Positions 39,568-50,265 are shown, numbered from the stretch's first letter. The stretch: DNA of 64,000 nucleotides from an uncultured Bacilli bacterium (GCA_947589735.1 CANQCR010000006.1:6161-70160), one strand, 5' to 3'. The notes: a model not told the origin generated them from the sequence alone. Numbers and translations are program-made.

Positions 39568-41719
39568 CCCGTAAACTATTAATTCCCATGTCATAATATT
39601 TTTGAGGATTTTCTAAAGATATGTTTTCATAATGATAAATATAAGTTAAATTATCTTTCTCTTCAACTTTAAAGTGATTATTAAACTTATCTTTAAGATA
39701 GGCTTCTTCATGAGCTACATGATACTTATCTAATAACTTATACTTACTAACCATAGCCTCAATAGGTCCTGATATAATTAATTCTAGATTAGGATGCTTT
39801 TGATAACGTTTATGATAAGCATCAATGATTTTAACTATTTGATGGTCATTTAACTCATATGATAAAGTTACTCTCCTAGCGCCCATTGCATGAAGTAAAG
39901 CGACACTATATGAATTAACAACATTAAAAGAAAAATCCGTTACACAATTATCATATTTATATAGGCTTCCTAATTCCCCAATTAATAATGGCGCATCTTC
40001 CTTAGTTAACCTTTCTAAAACGCGTGGTATTTTTAAAATTAAATTATCATGGGGATATTTATCCCATATATCGTGACCTACATATATCTCTTGGTAGTTA
40101 TCCTTTTTTATTTTAGCGTAGTCTTCTATTTTACTAATAGCTAAAGTTCTAACTCTTTCTTTAGGAAAATCCTTAACATCTCTCCTATACTCGCCCTTGG
40201 TAACTGGTATTTCATATAACCTTTTTTCCGTTAGTAAAGATATGGCCGTTCTTCTTAATTCATTAATTTTTCTAATTGGAATAAAAATATTATCATCGCC
40301 ATGAAAGCTAGTTACAGAAGCTTCAAAAACAGTACCGCCTAATTTAGCCATTTGATCTTTTATCACCATCACACTCGTTGGTGAGGTAATACTTTCTTGG
40401 ACAATAAAATCGCTTTTAGTAACACAGGTATTAATGCCATCCGTGATAGTTAATGTCAAAGGCTTACCTACATAAGCATCAATATCTAAAGATACGCTTA
40501 CCTTTCTTTTTTGACTAGCAATTTTTTTATTTATATCATCAATAAGTTTGGTATCAGTTGTTTTAACAACCTTAGATCCGACACTAATATCCCCTTTAAA
40601 AGGAATTTTAATAATAGAACTAGCCCCAGCTTCTTTTACTTTCACCCCGTTAAGATAAATAACATCAACTTCTTTACCAACGTCATCCCCACCAACAATG
40701 CGAATACCATCTTTAACACACACCGGTTTAGTCAGTTTTATCGTGACTTTTTTGCCATCATAATTTAAAACCTCACCAATATTGATACCCAAATGATTAG
40801 GTCGATAAGAATTCGTTATTTTAGTCTTATCTTCATTAAAGATAAATCCTTTGGTAAACTCCCGGTTAAAAAGACTTTTAATGTCTTCAATATCATCATC
40901 ATTTATCTTTACCTCTCCAGTTTTAAAATAACTGTCAATGGCTTTACGATATAAACTGGTAACCATATAGACATACTCTGGTCTTTTCATCCGTCCTTCA
41001 ATCTTAAATGAATCTATACCTGATTCAATTAATTCATCGATATGCCTTAAAGTCATCAAATCTTTCATACTAAGCAAATATTTTTCATCATTTACTTTTT
41101 TATTATCAACAATTAAATCATATGGTTGCCGGCAACACTGCGCACAAGTTCCCCTATTACCACTTCTACCACCAATTAAACTACTCATCAAGCACTGTCC
41201 AGAATAACTCACACATAAAGCGCCATGAACGAAAACTTCAATCTCAATATCCGTTTGTTTTTTAATTTCGGATATTAATGATATCGGTGTCTCACGAGCC
41301 AGAACTACCCTTTTTGCCCCTAATTTTTGAACAAGCTTAACCCCTTCTAAATTATGAATATGCATCTGCGTTGAAATATGGATTTCTAAATTAGGATACG
41401 TTTGGTGAATTAAATCGAACATACCAATATCTTGAATAATAACCGCATCAACATTAGCGTGATGCAAAAAAGATACATACTTAAGAAAATTCTCGACCTC
41501 ATCTTCATAGATTAAAGTATTAATTGTAACGTATACTTTAACACCATATAAATGAGCAAGCTTAATCGCCTTAATTAATTCATCGTTATCAAAATTACTG
41601 GCAAAGCTTCTTGCACCATATAATTTTCCCGATAGATATACCGCATCACATCCAGCTTCAATAGCAGCAATTAAACTTTCAAAACTACCAGCTGGTGCTA
41701 ATAACTCTGGCTTTTTCAT
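39557..41719 (-). CDS. peptidase U32 family protein (long, two-module form)
   Basis: MKKPELLAPAGSFESLIAAIEAGCDAVY N-terminus and U32 signature EVFVHGALCVSYSGQC. ATG at 41719 preferred. Confidence 0.85.
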   Translation of the reverse strand: MKKPELLAPAGSFESLIAAIEAGCDAVYLSGKLYGARSFASNFDNDELIKAIKLAHLYGVKVYVTINTLIYEDEVENFLKYVSFLHHANVDAVIIQDIGMFDLIHQTYPNLEIHISTQMHIHNLEGVKLVQKLGAKRVVLARETPISLISEIKKQTDIEIEVFVHGALCVSYSGQCLMSSLIGGRSGNRGTCAQCCRQPYDLIVDNKKVNDEKYLLSMKDLMTLRHIDELIESGIDSFKIEGRMKRPEYVYMVTSLYRKAIDSYFKTGEVKINDDDIEDIKSLFNREFTKGFIFNEDKTKITNSYRPNHLGINIGEVLNYDGKKVTIKLTKPVCVKDGIRIVGGDDVGKEVDVIYLNGVKVKEAGASSIIKIPFKGDISVGSKVVKTTDTKLIDDINKKIASQKRKVSVSLDIDAYVGKPLTLTITDGINTCVTKSDFIVQESITSPTSVMVIKDQMAKLGGTVFEASVTSFHGDDNIFIPIRKINELRRTAISLLTEKRLYEIPVTKGEYRRDVKDFPKERVRTLAISKIEDYAKIKKDNYQEIYVGHDIWDKYPHDNLILKIPRVLERLTKEDAPLLIGELGSLYKYDNCVTDFSFNVVNSYSVALLHAMGARRVTLSYELNDHQIVKIIDAYHKRYQKHPNLELIISGPIEAMVSKYKLLDKYHVAHEEAYLKDKFNNHFKVEEKDNLTYIYHYENISLENPQKYYDMGINSLRDEK

Positions 41720-41763
41720 AAAATCACCAATTACATTATATAGTAATTGGTGATTTTGAGCAA

Positions 41764-42579
41764 CTAACATTCATCTAGATGCGAAGATGTATCTAGTCCT
41801 AATCCTTTCGAAGTAACATATTCTTCAAGCATTTTAAGATTATTAATGAGTTCTTCATTTAAAGTGAATTTGAAAAATGTTCCTGCTGTCATTTCTTTTT
41901 TTATACTTAATAGAGGTTGACTTGAAATAACATTCATTTTACTAAGAGAATGACTTTTATTAGAACTACAACTTTTTAAAAAACTATATTCTTCCAAAGG
42001 ATTATAACAATCCATTAAAGTTTTGGTTTCATTATAATAATCTTTACTAATTCGCTTATAATCTTTGAATGAACTATTACTTATCAAAATATTATTATCT
42101 TTCATTAAATGTTCAATTATATCTTTATTCTCATCATAGATATGACTATTAACGATAAAATTATAATTTTTAAAAGGATATTCTAGTGATAAAGCAATAT
42201 TACCACTATCAAGTTCTATAAAAAAATAAACACTAGCCTTTTTAGGATTACCTTTAATAATATATTTATCATAATTATTAGATAAGGATATAGTTGGTAA
42301 GACATTATCATACTGGTAGTATTTAGAATCATAATATCCTATTTTACGCATTTCATTATAGCTTTTATCAATATTAACTTTTTGGCCACACCATCCGGGA
42401 ATAATCGTTTTATCGATTATTTGAGCATCTTCGGCGGGCTGTTCAAAGGATGCATATTTATCTTTAATTTCTAGCATTACTTCATCGGTGTTTTTAGCAA
42501 TCATCGCTGTTTTTTCCGTCATAAAAAAGCTAAAACACATCAATGTAATTAGGCCAATATATTCAAAATATTTACGCAT
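41764..42579 (-). CDS. membrane-anchored hypothetical protein
   Basis: 271 aa, an N-terminal TM helix, then a soluble domain. Family not recognised. Confidence 0.5.
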   Translation of the reverse strand: MRKYFEYIGLITLMCFSFFMTEKTAMIAKNTDEVMLEIKDKYASFEQPAEDAQIIDKTIIPGWCGQKVNIDKSYNEMRKIGYYDSKYYQYDNVLPTISLSNNYDKYIIKGNPKKASVYFFIELDSGNIALSLEYPFKNYNFIVNSHIYDENKDIIEHLMKDNNILISNSSFKDYKRISKDYYNETKTLMDCYNPLEEYSFLKSCSSNKSHSLSKMNVISSQPLLSIKKEMTAGTFFKFTLNEELINNLKMLEEYVTSKGLGLDTSSHLDEC

Positions 42580-42619
42580 AAACCACCTAATTATATATAT
42601 GTTTTAGCTTAAAGCATTT

Positions 42620-43723
42620 TTACAAATTATTTAAATCTCTTAATTCATCAAGAACAAACTCGCCATCTTCACGAATTAAAACATCATCAAAATAAACTTT
42701 TCCGCCGCCATATTCCGGACGTTGAATCCATACTAAATCCCAGTGAATAGCTGAAGTATTACCATTGTTGCAATCCGCATAAGCCATACCCGGTGTGAAA
42801 TGGATACTACCTTTGATTTTTTCATCATATAATATATCTCCCATAGGATCTAAGACTTTCGGATTAACCCCAAATGAGAACTCCCCAACATAACGAGCAC
42901 CTTCATCGGTATTAAAGATTTCTAGAAGAGATGCATTATCACCATCACACGTAGCAGAAATAATCTTACCATCTTTAAAAGTTAAACTGATATTATTATA
43001 GATATTCCCACGATATGGACTTGGCGTATTATAGGTTATCGTTCCATTAACACTATCTAAAACGGGTGCGGTATAAATCTCGCCATCAGGGATATTCGCA
43101 TTCCCGCAACATGGAATGGCGGGCATTCCTTTAATGGAAAAAGTAATATCGGTATTAGGCCCAACCATATGAACTTTATCCGTTTTTTCCATCAATTGTT
43201 TTAACGGCTCTAGTTTATCCCGCATCTTTGAATAATCGACATTCATCACTTCAAAGGCATAAGTCTTAAACTCATCCAAGCTCATCTTCGCTTTATAAGC
43301 GTCAACTAGTGATGGATAATTAAATAAAACCCATTTACGTTTGTTAACCCTAATCTCATCATATGGCTTACGTTTTAAATCATATTTGTTAACCATCTCA
43401 AGAGGAATTGATTTTGTCTCATATTCATTTTCGGTATGTTTAACATAAATGATACTATCAAAATTATCCATCTCAAAAGATGCATATTTGACAAGTTGAT
43501 CGATAAGGCGGTCATTACCACCCCTAAGCATTAAGGCATCTAATTCTTTATCCATCCTTTTATATATTGGTACCCCACCCCGGTTAAATACTTCTTTAAT
43601 TAAGGCTTTAACCATATCAAGAGCGTCATCGGTATAATACATTATTAAAACTCTTTCATCAGGTTCAACATTGATGGAATATTCGACAATTGTCTTCGCT
43701 AATTTATTTATTTCTTCACTCAT
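42620..43723 (-). CDS. ampS: aminopeptidase, M29 family (AmpS/PepS-like)
   Basis: 367 aa with overall M29 resemblance (PDGEIYTAPV, EFSFGVNP, GSIHFTPG). Confidence 0.8.
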   Translation of the reverse strand: MSEEINKLAKTIVEYSINVEPDERVLIMYYTDDALDMVKALIKEVFNRGGVPIYKRMDKELDALMLRGGNDRLIDQLVKYASFEMDNFDSIIYVKHTENEYETKSIPLEMVNKYDLKRKPYDEIRVNKRKWVLFNYPSLVDAYKAKMSLDEFKTYAFEVMNVDYSKMRDKLEPLKQLMEKTDKVHMVGPNTDITFSIKGMPAIPCCGNANIPDGEIYTAPVLDSVNGTITYNTPSPYRGNIYNNISLTFKDGKIISATCDGDNASLLEIFNTDEGARYVGEFSFGVNPKVLDPMGDILYDEKIKGSIHFTPGMAYADCNNGNTSAIHWDLVWIQRPEYGGGKVYFDDVLIREDGEFVLDELRDLNNL

Positions 43724-43776
43724 ATAATCACCTATTTTCTATATATATCATATCATATTATGAAAGGAGCAACAAT

Positions 43777-44025
43777 ATGTACAACAACTTTATACCCTAT
43801 CAAACTAGTCAGACTAACCGCATCAATGACGCCTTTTTTAGTAATGATTTAAATCAAGATGAACGCGTTTTCGGTGGCTTTTTAGGTCCTTTTATTTTAG
43901 GTGGGATTACTGGTGGCTTAGTTGCCCCATATTTTACTGGTAACAATTATAACTATAATCGTCCTCCTTATTATAATAACAATTATTACTATCCTCCTTA
44001 TTATTATGGACCATATTATTATTAA
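43777..44025 (+). CDS. small Gly-zipper/TM protein with a Tyr/Asn/Pro-rich tail
   Basis: ATG at 43777 after AAAGGAG. Sequence ...GGFLGPFILGGITGGLVAPYF, then NNYNYNRPPYYNNNYYYPPYYYGPYYY. Its own terminator follows. Confidence 0.6.
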   Translation: MYNNFIPYQTSQTNRINDAFFSNDLNQDERVFGGFLGPFILGGITGGLVAPYFTGNNYNYNRPPYYNNNYYYPPYYYGPYYY

Positions 44026-44026
44026 T

Positions 44027-44056
44027 AAACAGTTTATTTTAACTGTTTATTTTGTT
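44027..44056 (+). terminator. rho-independent terminator
   Basis: AAACAGTT-tatttt-AACTGTTT followed by ATTTTGTT. Confidence 0.7.
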
Positions 44057-44077
44057 ATAATTAATTAGGGTGATGAT

Positions 44078-44716
44078 ATGGCATCAGCAATTATTCATAT
44101 GTGTGTAGCTAAAAAAGTTAGTGAACATTTTAATTTTGATAGTAAAGAATATTATTTAGGGTCCATCGCTCCTGATTTATCGAAACAAATTGGAATGACA
44201 AAAACAGCTTCTCATTTTTTAAACATTCATCAAGAAGGTGTTCCTAATATTGAGGCCTTCTTAAATAAATATAGAGATACCCTAGATAATCCCTTTAATT
44301 TTGGCTATTTTGTTCATTTATATACTGATAGGGTGTGGTTTAAAGAGTTTATGACTAAAGCCAAGTTTAATAATTGTGTTAAATTACTTGATAATACCAT
44401 TATTGAAACATCAGAAGAAGAAATATGGAATCTTATCTATAATGACTATACTAATTTAAATACCCTTTTATTAGATGAATATGATTTAGATTTATCGCTT
44501 TTTTATGAAGATTTTAAAGTTCCTGATACGACTATTGATGAGATACCTGTTCAAAAACTTGATATTTTATTAGAAAAGATGGCGGATATTATTATGATGG
44601 CTAAAACCGATAAAGAATATGTTTTTGATCTTGATACAATCAATTACTTTATTGATTATTGTTCAGATAAAATCATTAAAAAAATTGATGAATATGGCCT
44701 TAAAGTTCCTAAATAG
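44078..44716 (+). CDS. zinc-dependent phospholipase C-like / metal-dependent hydrolase family protein
   Basis: AIIHMCVAKKV, GSIAPDLSK, ASHF and GYFVHLYTDRVW, a His/Asp pattern like PF00882-type proteins. Confidence 0.55.
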   Translation: MASAIIHMCVAKKVSEHFNFDSKEYYLGSIAPDLSKQIGMTKTASHFLNIHQEGVPNIEAFLNKYRDTLDNPFNFGYFVHLYTDRVWFKEFMTKAKFNNCVKLLDNTIIETSEEEIWNLIYNDYTNLNTLLLDEYDLDLSLFYEDFKVPDTTIDEIPVQKLDILLEKMADIIMMAKTDKEYVFDLDTINYFIDYCSDKIIKKIDEYGLKVPK

Positions 44717-44777
44717 GAACTTTTTTTAATAACAAAAGATTATTTGTGTGCTATAATGCATAAGGGAGGCGGATAAT

Positions 44778-46112
44778 ATGATTGATAATGTTAAAGAATT
44801 AATTGAGCAAAACAAGTATCAAGAACTTAAAAAAGTTATTGCTGAGCTTAATGAAGCTGACATTGCGGAAATTCTAGAAGAAGTAGATGATGACATTCTA
44901 ATTAAGGTTTTTAGATTATTACCGAAAAATATCGCTGCTGAAACTTTTGCCGAATTAGAAATACCTAATCAACAGCTCATCATCAATTCCTTGACTACTA
45001 AAGAAGCTGCAGCCATTATCGATGAAATGGCCGCCGATGACGCAACCGATTTAATTGAAGAGATGCCGTCGAATGTTGTTAAAAAAATTCTTTCACAAAC
45101 AACAGTGGAAACAAGAAAAGATATTAACCATCTTTTACACTACCCTCTTGCTTCAGCTGGTAGTATTATGACGGTTGAGTTTTTAGATATTAAAGAAAAT
45201 GTTACCGTTAGTAAAGCCCTAAGTACGATTAGAAGAAAAGGCGCTAACATGGAAACACTTGATACTTGCTTTGTTCTAGATAAAGGAAGACGCTTAAAAG
45301 GAACAATTTCGCTTACCGAAATTGTTCTTGCAAGTCCTAATAAGCTAATCAAAAATATTATGGAAGATAAGCCTATTTGTGTCTCAACTCTAACCGATCA
45401 AGAGGAAGTTGCTAGTATGTTCCAAAAATACGATATGACGGTTATGCCGGTTGTTGATAGTGAAGAACGTCTCGTCGGTATTATTACGGTTGATGATATT
45501 ATGGATATTATGGAAGAAGAGACAACTGAGGATATTGAAAAAATGGCCGCTATTGTACCAACCGAAAAACCATATTTACAATTAGGTCTTTTTGATATCT
45601 GTAAAAGTAGACTACCTTGGTTATTATTTTTAATGATTAGCGCGACTTTTACTAGTCGCATCATTGCAAGTTATGAAGCATCTTTAGCAAGCTATGCGGT
45701 GTTAACGCTATTTATTCCGATGATTATGGACACTGGTGGTAATGCTGGGGGTCAATCATCGGTTACTATTATTAGATCTTTATCTTTAAAGGAAGTCGAG
45801 TTTAAAGATTCCCTTAAAGTTTTAGGAAAAGAACTACTCGTTGGCCTTATCTGTGGACTTGTTTTAGCCATTTGTAATTTTGGAAAATTACTGCTAGTTG
45901 ATAGAGTATCCGTAACAGTTGCCTTAATCGTTTGCTTAGCTCTTCTTATTACCGTCGTCTTTGCTAAAATTATTGGTTCTATCTTACCAATACTGGCATC
46001 CAAAGTTCATCTTGATCCTGCCGTTATGGCTAATCCTATCATTACCACCATTGTTGATGCCCTATCCTTAATTATTTATTTTCAAGTTGCTAGTCATATT
46101 TTAGGTATATAA
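44778..46112 (+). CDS. mgtE: magnesium transporter MgtE
   Basis: MgtE N-domain, a CBS pair, and a TM domain with PMIMDTGGNAGGQSS. Confidence 0.93.
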   Translation: MIDNVKELIEQNKYQELKKVIAELNEADIAEILEEVDDDILIKVFRLLPKNIAAETFAELEIPNQQLIINSLTTKEAAAIIDEMAADDATDLIEEMPSNVVKKILSQTTVETRKDINHLLHYPLASAGSIMTVEFLDIKENVTVSKALSTIRRKGANMETLDTCFVLDKGRRLKGTISLTEIVLASPNKLIKNIMEDKPICVSTLTDQEEVASMFQKYDMTVMPVVDSEERLVGIITVDDIMDIMEEETTEDIEKMAAIVPTEKPYLQLGLFDICKSRLPWLLFLMISATFTSRIIASYEASLASYAVLTLFIPMIMDTGGNAGGQSSVTIIRSLSLKEVEFKDSLKVLGKELLVGLICGLVLAICNFGKLLLVDRVSVTVALIVCLALLITVVFAKIIGSILPILASKVHLDPAVMANPIITTIVDALSLIIYFQVASHILGI

Positions 46113-46148
46113 AAAAGTGAGTTCATTCATTTGAACTCACTTTATTTT
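46111..46148. terminator. bidirectional terminator between the convergent mgtE and rny genes
   Basis: 10-bp stem AGTGAGTTCA/TGAACTCACT flanked by an A run and a T run. Confidence 0.8.
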
Positions 46149-47695
46149 GCCTCTTCAGTAGCTCTTGTTTCTCTGATAACAGTTACTTTAATCGTACCCG
46201 GATATTGAAGTTCATTTTCAATACGTGTCTTAATATCCCGAGCTACTTTATGACTTGTTAAGTCATCTACTTCTTCTGGTTTAACAACAACTCTTAATTC
46301 CCGACCAGCTTGCATTGCATAAGCTTTATCAACGCCATTCATCGTATTAGCAATCTCTTCTAAATCATGTAATCTTTGAACATAATTTTCTAAAGAATCA
46401 TTTCTTGCGCCAGGGCGACTTGCCGATAAGGTATCAGCTATCGCTACTAACTCAGCAATAATACTGGTTGGTTCTGTATCACCATGATGGGATTCAATTG
46501 CGTTGATAACGACATCTTTTTCTTTATACTTACGCGCTAGATTAGCACCTAATTCAACATGGCTACCTTCCATTTCATGATCAATGGCTTTACCAATATC
46601 ATGGAATAAACCAGCTCTTTTAGCAAGCATAACATTTTCGCCAAGTTCAGCAGCCATAATGCCAGCTAGATTAGCAACCTCAATGGAATGTTGTAACACA
46701 TTCTGTCCATAACTAGTTCTAAAGTGTAAACGTCCTAAAATCTCAATTAATTCAGGATCAACTTTGGTAATACCTAAATCAAATAAAGCCGCATCACCAT
46801 ATTCTAAAATCTTCGCTTTCATATCTTTACAAGTTTTATCATAAACTTCCTCAATGCGAGCGGGATGAATACGTCCATCCTTAATTAAGGTATCAATTGT
46901 CACACGGGCAATCTCCCGTCTTAATGGATCAAAACTTGATAGAACAATTGCCTCTGGAGTATCATCAATAATTAAATCAACACCTGTAACAGCTTCAATC
47001 GTTCGAATATTTCTTCCCTCACGACCAATTATTCGACCCTTCATATCTTCACTTGGAAGATCAACAACGGTTACAGTTTGTTCCGATGCAACATCACTAG
47101 CATATTTTTGCATTGAAGACACTAACAATGTTTTCGCATTCTTATCAACGACTAATTTAGCTTCAGCTTCTTTTTCTTTAATTAAAGCTGCAATTTCTAA
47201 AGACATCGTCTCTTCAACTTGCTTTAAAATAATCTCTCTAGCTTCCTCTTTCGTATAACAAGCTATTTTTTCAAGTAGTTCTAATTGTTGTTGTTTTATT
47301 TCCTCCACTTTTGCCTGTTCGTCTTGGATAACATTTTGTTTATTTATTAAATTATTTTCTTTTTCCTCAAGAGAAGTTTCACGATTAGTTAAAGATTGTT
47401 CCCGTCTTTCAATACTTTCTTCACGGGTATACAATCTCTTCTCGTTTTCTTTTAGTTCATCTTTTTTCTCTTTTATTTCTTTATCTGTAGCTTCTTTTAA
47501 TTCACGGATTTCATCTTTAGCTTCAGCTAAGGAATCTTTTTTTAATTTATCGGCCTCAGCTCTGGCTTTATCTAAAATGTCATCAGCTTTATTAATTGCC
47601 TTTGTCCGTCTTATATAATTAAATATAAACATTGCAATGATTCCAACACCCAATCCTGCAAGGATTAGCAAAATGGAGATTAAAATATCTGGCAT
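46142..47695 (-). CDS. rny: ribonuclease Y
   Basis: N-terminal TM helix, coiled coil, KH domain ([24 protein letters not shown]) and HD domain (HDIGKA). ATG at 47695 after GGAGGAAAT. Confidence 0.95.
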   Translation of the reverse strand: MPDILISILLILAGLGVGIIAMFIFNYIRRTKAINKADDILDKARAEADKLKKDSLAEAKDEIRELKEATDKEIKEKKDELKENEKRLYTREESIERREQSLTNRETSLEEKENNLINKQNVIQDEQAKVEEIKQQQLELLEKIACYTKEEAREIILKQVEETMSLEIAALIKEKEAEAKLVVDKNAKTLLVSSMQKYASDVASEQTVTVVDLPSEDMKGRIIGREGRNIRTIEAVTGVDLIIDDTPEAIVLSSFDPLRREIARVTIDTLIKDGRIHPARIEEVYDKTCKDMKAKILEYGDAALFDLGITKVDPELIEILGRLHFRTSYGQNVLQHSIEVANLAGIMAAELGENVMLAKRAGLFHDIGKAIDHEMEGSHVELGANLARKYKEKDVVINAIESHHGDTEPTSIIAELVAIADTLSASRPGARNDSLENYVQRLHDLEEIANTMNGVDKAYAMQAGRELRVVVKPEEVDDLTSHKVARDIKTRIENELQYPGTIKVTVIRETRATEEAK

Positions 47696-47771
47696 AATAT
47701 TTCCTCCATTTCTATAGTTGAGCATTTTCACACTCTATACTTATTGTAAATTGAAATAGGTATTTTGTCAA

Positions 47772-47805
47772 CCAAAAAATAAAAGTGATTTTATAAATCA
47801 CTTTT
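47772..47805 (-). terminator. rho-independent terminator after recA
   Basis: AAAAGTGAT/ATCACTTTT stem overlapping the recA stop, with a T run on the minus strand. Confidence 0.7.
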
Positions 47806-48820
47806 AGACATTTTTAGGTTTATGATCTTCTTCAAGATAATAAGTACGGACTTGTTTTTCAATCTCTTCAGCCATTTTAGGGTTTTGTTTTAACCACTCT
47901 TTGACATTTTCTTTACCTTGGCCAACTTTCTCACCCTTATAAGCATACCAAGCTCCACTTTTCTCTAAAATGCCAGCATCTGCGCCTAAATCAACAAGTT
48001 CACCTAACTTAGATGCTCCCTCACCGTACATGATATCAACAGAACATGTTTTAAAAGGTGGCGCCATTTTATTCTTAACGACTTTGATATTAGCCTTACT
48101 TCCAATAATATCTGTTCCTAATTTGATTTGTTCACCCTTACGAACTTCAAGACGGACAGATGCATAGAACTTCAAAGCCCGACCACCCGGCGTAGTTTCA
48201 GGGTTACCAAATAGGACACCCACTTTTTCTCTTAATTGATTGATAAAAATACAAATCGTATTCGTTTTATTAATAACACCAGATAGTTTTCTTAAAGCTT
48301 GACTCATTAAACGAGCTTGAAGGCCAACATGAGCATCGCCCATTTCCCCTTCAATTTCCGCTTGTGGAACTAAAGCGGCTACAGAATCAATAACAACCAC
48401 GCTAATCGCCCCACTACGTACTAAAGCTTCACAAATCTCTAAAGCTTGCTCACCATTATCAGGTTGACTAAGTAATAACTCATCAATGTCAACACCAATC
48501 TTAGCAGCATAAGTAGGATCTAAGGCATGCTCCGCATCAATAAATGCTGCCCGACCACCTAATTTTTGAGCTTCAGCTATCGCATGTAAAGCAAATGTAG
48601 TCTTACCACTTGATTCAGGGCCATATATTTCAATAATCCTTCCCTTTGGATAACCTCCAATTCCTAAAGCAGCATCTAAAGATATAGAGCCACTTGATAT
48701 AACATCGATTTTTTGGTGTTGGTGCTCACCTAATTTCATAACAGCACCTTTACCAAATTGTTTTTCAATATCTTGCATTACTTGTTCTAATGTCTTGTCC
48801 CCAGTTGTTTTAACTGCCAT
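47804..48820 (-). CDS. recA: recombinase RecA
   Basis: GPESSGKTT Walker A and full-length RecA similarity. ATG at 48820 after TAGGAGGT. Confidence 0.97.
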   Translation of the reverse strand: MAVKTTGDKTLEQVMQDIEKQFGKGAVMKLGEHQHQKIDVISSGSISLDAALGIGGYPKGRIIEIYGPESSGKTTFALHAIAEAQKLGGRAAFIDAEHALDPTYAAKIGVDIDELLLSQPDNGEQALEICEALVRSGAISVVVIDSVAALVPQAEIEGEMGDAHVGLQARLMSQALRKLSGVINKTNTICIFINQLREKVGVLFGNPETTPGGRALKFYASVRLEVRKGEQIKLGTDIIGSKANIKVVKNKMAPPFKTCSVDIMYGEGASKLGELVDLGADAGILEKSGAWYAYKGEKVGQGKENVKEWLKQNPKMAEEIEKQVRTYYLEEDHKPKNV

Positions 48821-48865
48821 AATGTACCTCCTATCGCTTACATTATCATTATACAATAGTAAAAA

Positions 48866-49408
48866 TTAGTTGTCAATACTTTTTGCGAACATTTGTATGT
48901 TTCTCTTTGAAGACATCACAAAATGACTATTTTTCTTATGTTTACGATAACTATATAATTTTAGTAATCCATATAGTATGATTAGATAACCGCCATTTAA
49001 AATAAATGATTGATATATGCTTTTTAATAGTTCGTCTAAATTAAATGTTTTAACTTGAATCATAACTAAAAAGCCATAATTTAAAAAGCGGAAAAGACAA
49101 ATACTTAAAAAGCCAATTAAAAGCGTATTGATAATTTGGTTACGAAAAAAGCGGAAAAAAAGCATAATCATTAAACCAATAAGCATAAAGATATATACAT
49201 AAAGGAAAAAGGTATTGGTATAAACAACATCATATAATAATCCTAAAATACCGATAGCGATTAAAAAATTCCTTTTATCGTGCATCAGATATGGATAAGT
49301 TACAACCATCACCATAACTGAAAAAAGGGGCAAGAATAAACTATCACCATAGAAAAGCGTTGATAAAATACCATCTAAAATAAAAGATACTAACATTAAC
49401 CAGATCAT
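48866..49408 (-). CDS. mreD: rod shape-determining protein MreD
   Basis: 180 aa, 5-6 TM segments, overlapping the mreC stop (typical mreCD coupling). Confidence 0.65.
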   Translation of the reverse strand: MIWLMLVSFILDGILSTLFYGDSLFLPLFSVMVMVVTYPYLMHDKRNFLIAIGILGLLYDVVYTNTFFLYVYIFMLIGLMIMLFFRFFRNQIINTLLIGFLSICLFRFLNYGFLVMIQVKTFNLDELLKSIYQSFILNGGYLIILYGLLKLYSYRKHKKNSHFVMSSKRNIQMFAKSIDN

Positions 49409-50265
49409 GGTGTTAACGCCTTCCTTTTTAATACTGATACGTATTTTATCTTATCAAAATTAACGGATGGTGTAACCTCAACAAGCTTTCCTAAGTCAAA
49501 ATTATCAGTTGTTACATTTTTAACATAACCGATTAAAATGCCACCTGGAAACTTATCGCTTAAACCAGTTGTCGTTACATAGGCATTAACATCAATATCC
49601 CCAGCATAGCTAATGCCCTCAATCATATAAACGCCCTTTTTTTCATCATAACTACTTAAAATACCATTAGCATAAGTATCATTATTTAAAGCAATTTTAA
49701 CCGAAATACGATTATGATAATTTTTAGCTGTTAAAAGTTGGACATTACTACTAAAATAACTGGTATCGGTAATATATCCAACTAAGCCATCATTAATAAC
49801 GACAGCCATATCAAGAGTAAGACCATCTTTAGTACCTTTATCAATGACAATACGGTCAAACCACTTACCGATATCGCGGCTTACAATCGTTGCATTTATT
49901 TTTTCATAATCGGATAGACTACTATCTATTTTTAATAGTTCTCTTAACTGCTCGTTTTCTTTAGCTAGTTCAGCAATAGTTGCATCCTTTTGGGAAACAC
50001 CCTCTAACTGTTCTTTAGCTTTCTCATACTTTTGATAGACGTCTTCTTTAGCATTAAAAACGTCAATCTTTTCTTTAACATAGTTGACCGGCTTTGCTAG
50101 AAAATCGATAGTTACGGAAAAAGCATCACGAATAGCTCCTTCCACAATTGTTAACTGCCGATGGTGGAAAGAAAAATAAATAGTTAAAGAAAATGTTACG
50201 ACGAATAGAAAAGCAATTATACCATTACGAATATATTTTCTTCGTTTATACCTAGAATTTTTCAT
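49405..50265 (-). CDS. mreC: rod shape-determining protein MreC
   Basis: N-terminal TM helix, coiled coil (ELAKENEQLRELLKI), then a beta-rich domain (GLVGYITD). Confidence 0.8.
   Translation of the reverse strand: MKNSRYKRRKYIRNGIIAFLFVVTFSLTIYFSFHHRQLTIVEGAIRDAFSVTIDFLAKPVNYVKEKIDVFNAKEDVYQKYEKAKEQLEGVSQKDATIAELAKENEQLRELLKIDSSLSDYEKINATIVSRDIGKWFDRIVIDKGTKDGLTLDMAVVINDGLVGYITDTSYFSSNVQLLTAKNYHNRISVKIALNNDTYANGILSSYDEKKGVYMIEGISYAGDIDVNAYVTTTGLSDKFPGGILIGYVKNVTTDNFDLGKLVEVTPSVNFDKIKYVSVLKRKALTP

Noticed and set aside
43690-43776. The 111-aa version of the Tyr-rich ORF, starting inside the ampS 5' end.
   Set aside because: That start overlaps the divergent ampS start region and has no SD. 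The ATG at 43777 has AAAGGAG at the correct spacing.
44717-44777. Looked for an M-box (Mg) riboswitch upstream of mgtE.
   Set aside because: Only about 60 nt separate the upstream gene from the mgtE SD. That is too short for an M-box aptamer of about 160 nt, and no conserved structure is visible.
45140-46003. Three minus-strand ORFs inside mgtE. Plus- and minus-strand ORFs inside ftsK (52586..52825, 53112..53396, 53366..53677) are similar cases.
   Set aside because: They are embedded in confidently assigned genes and have no independent signals.
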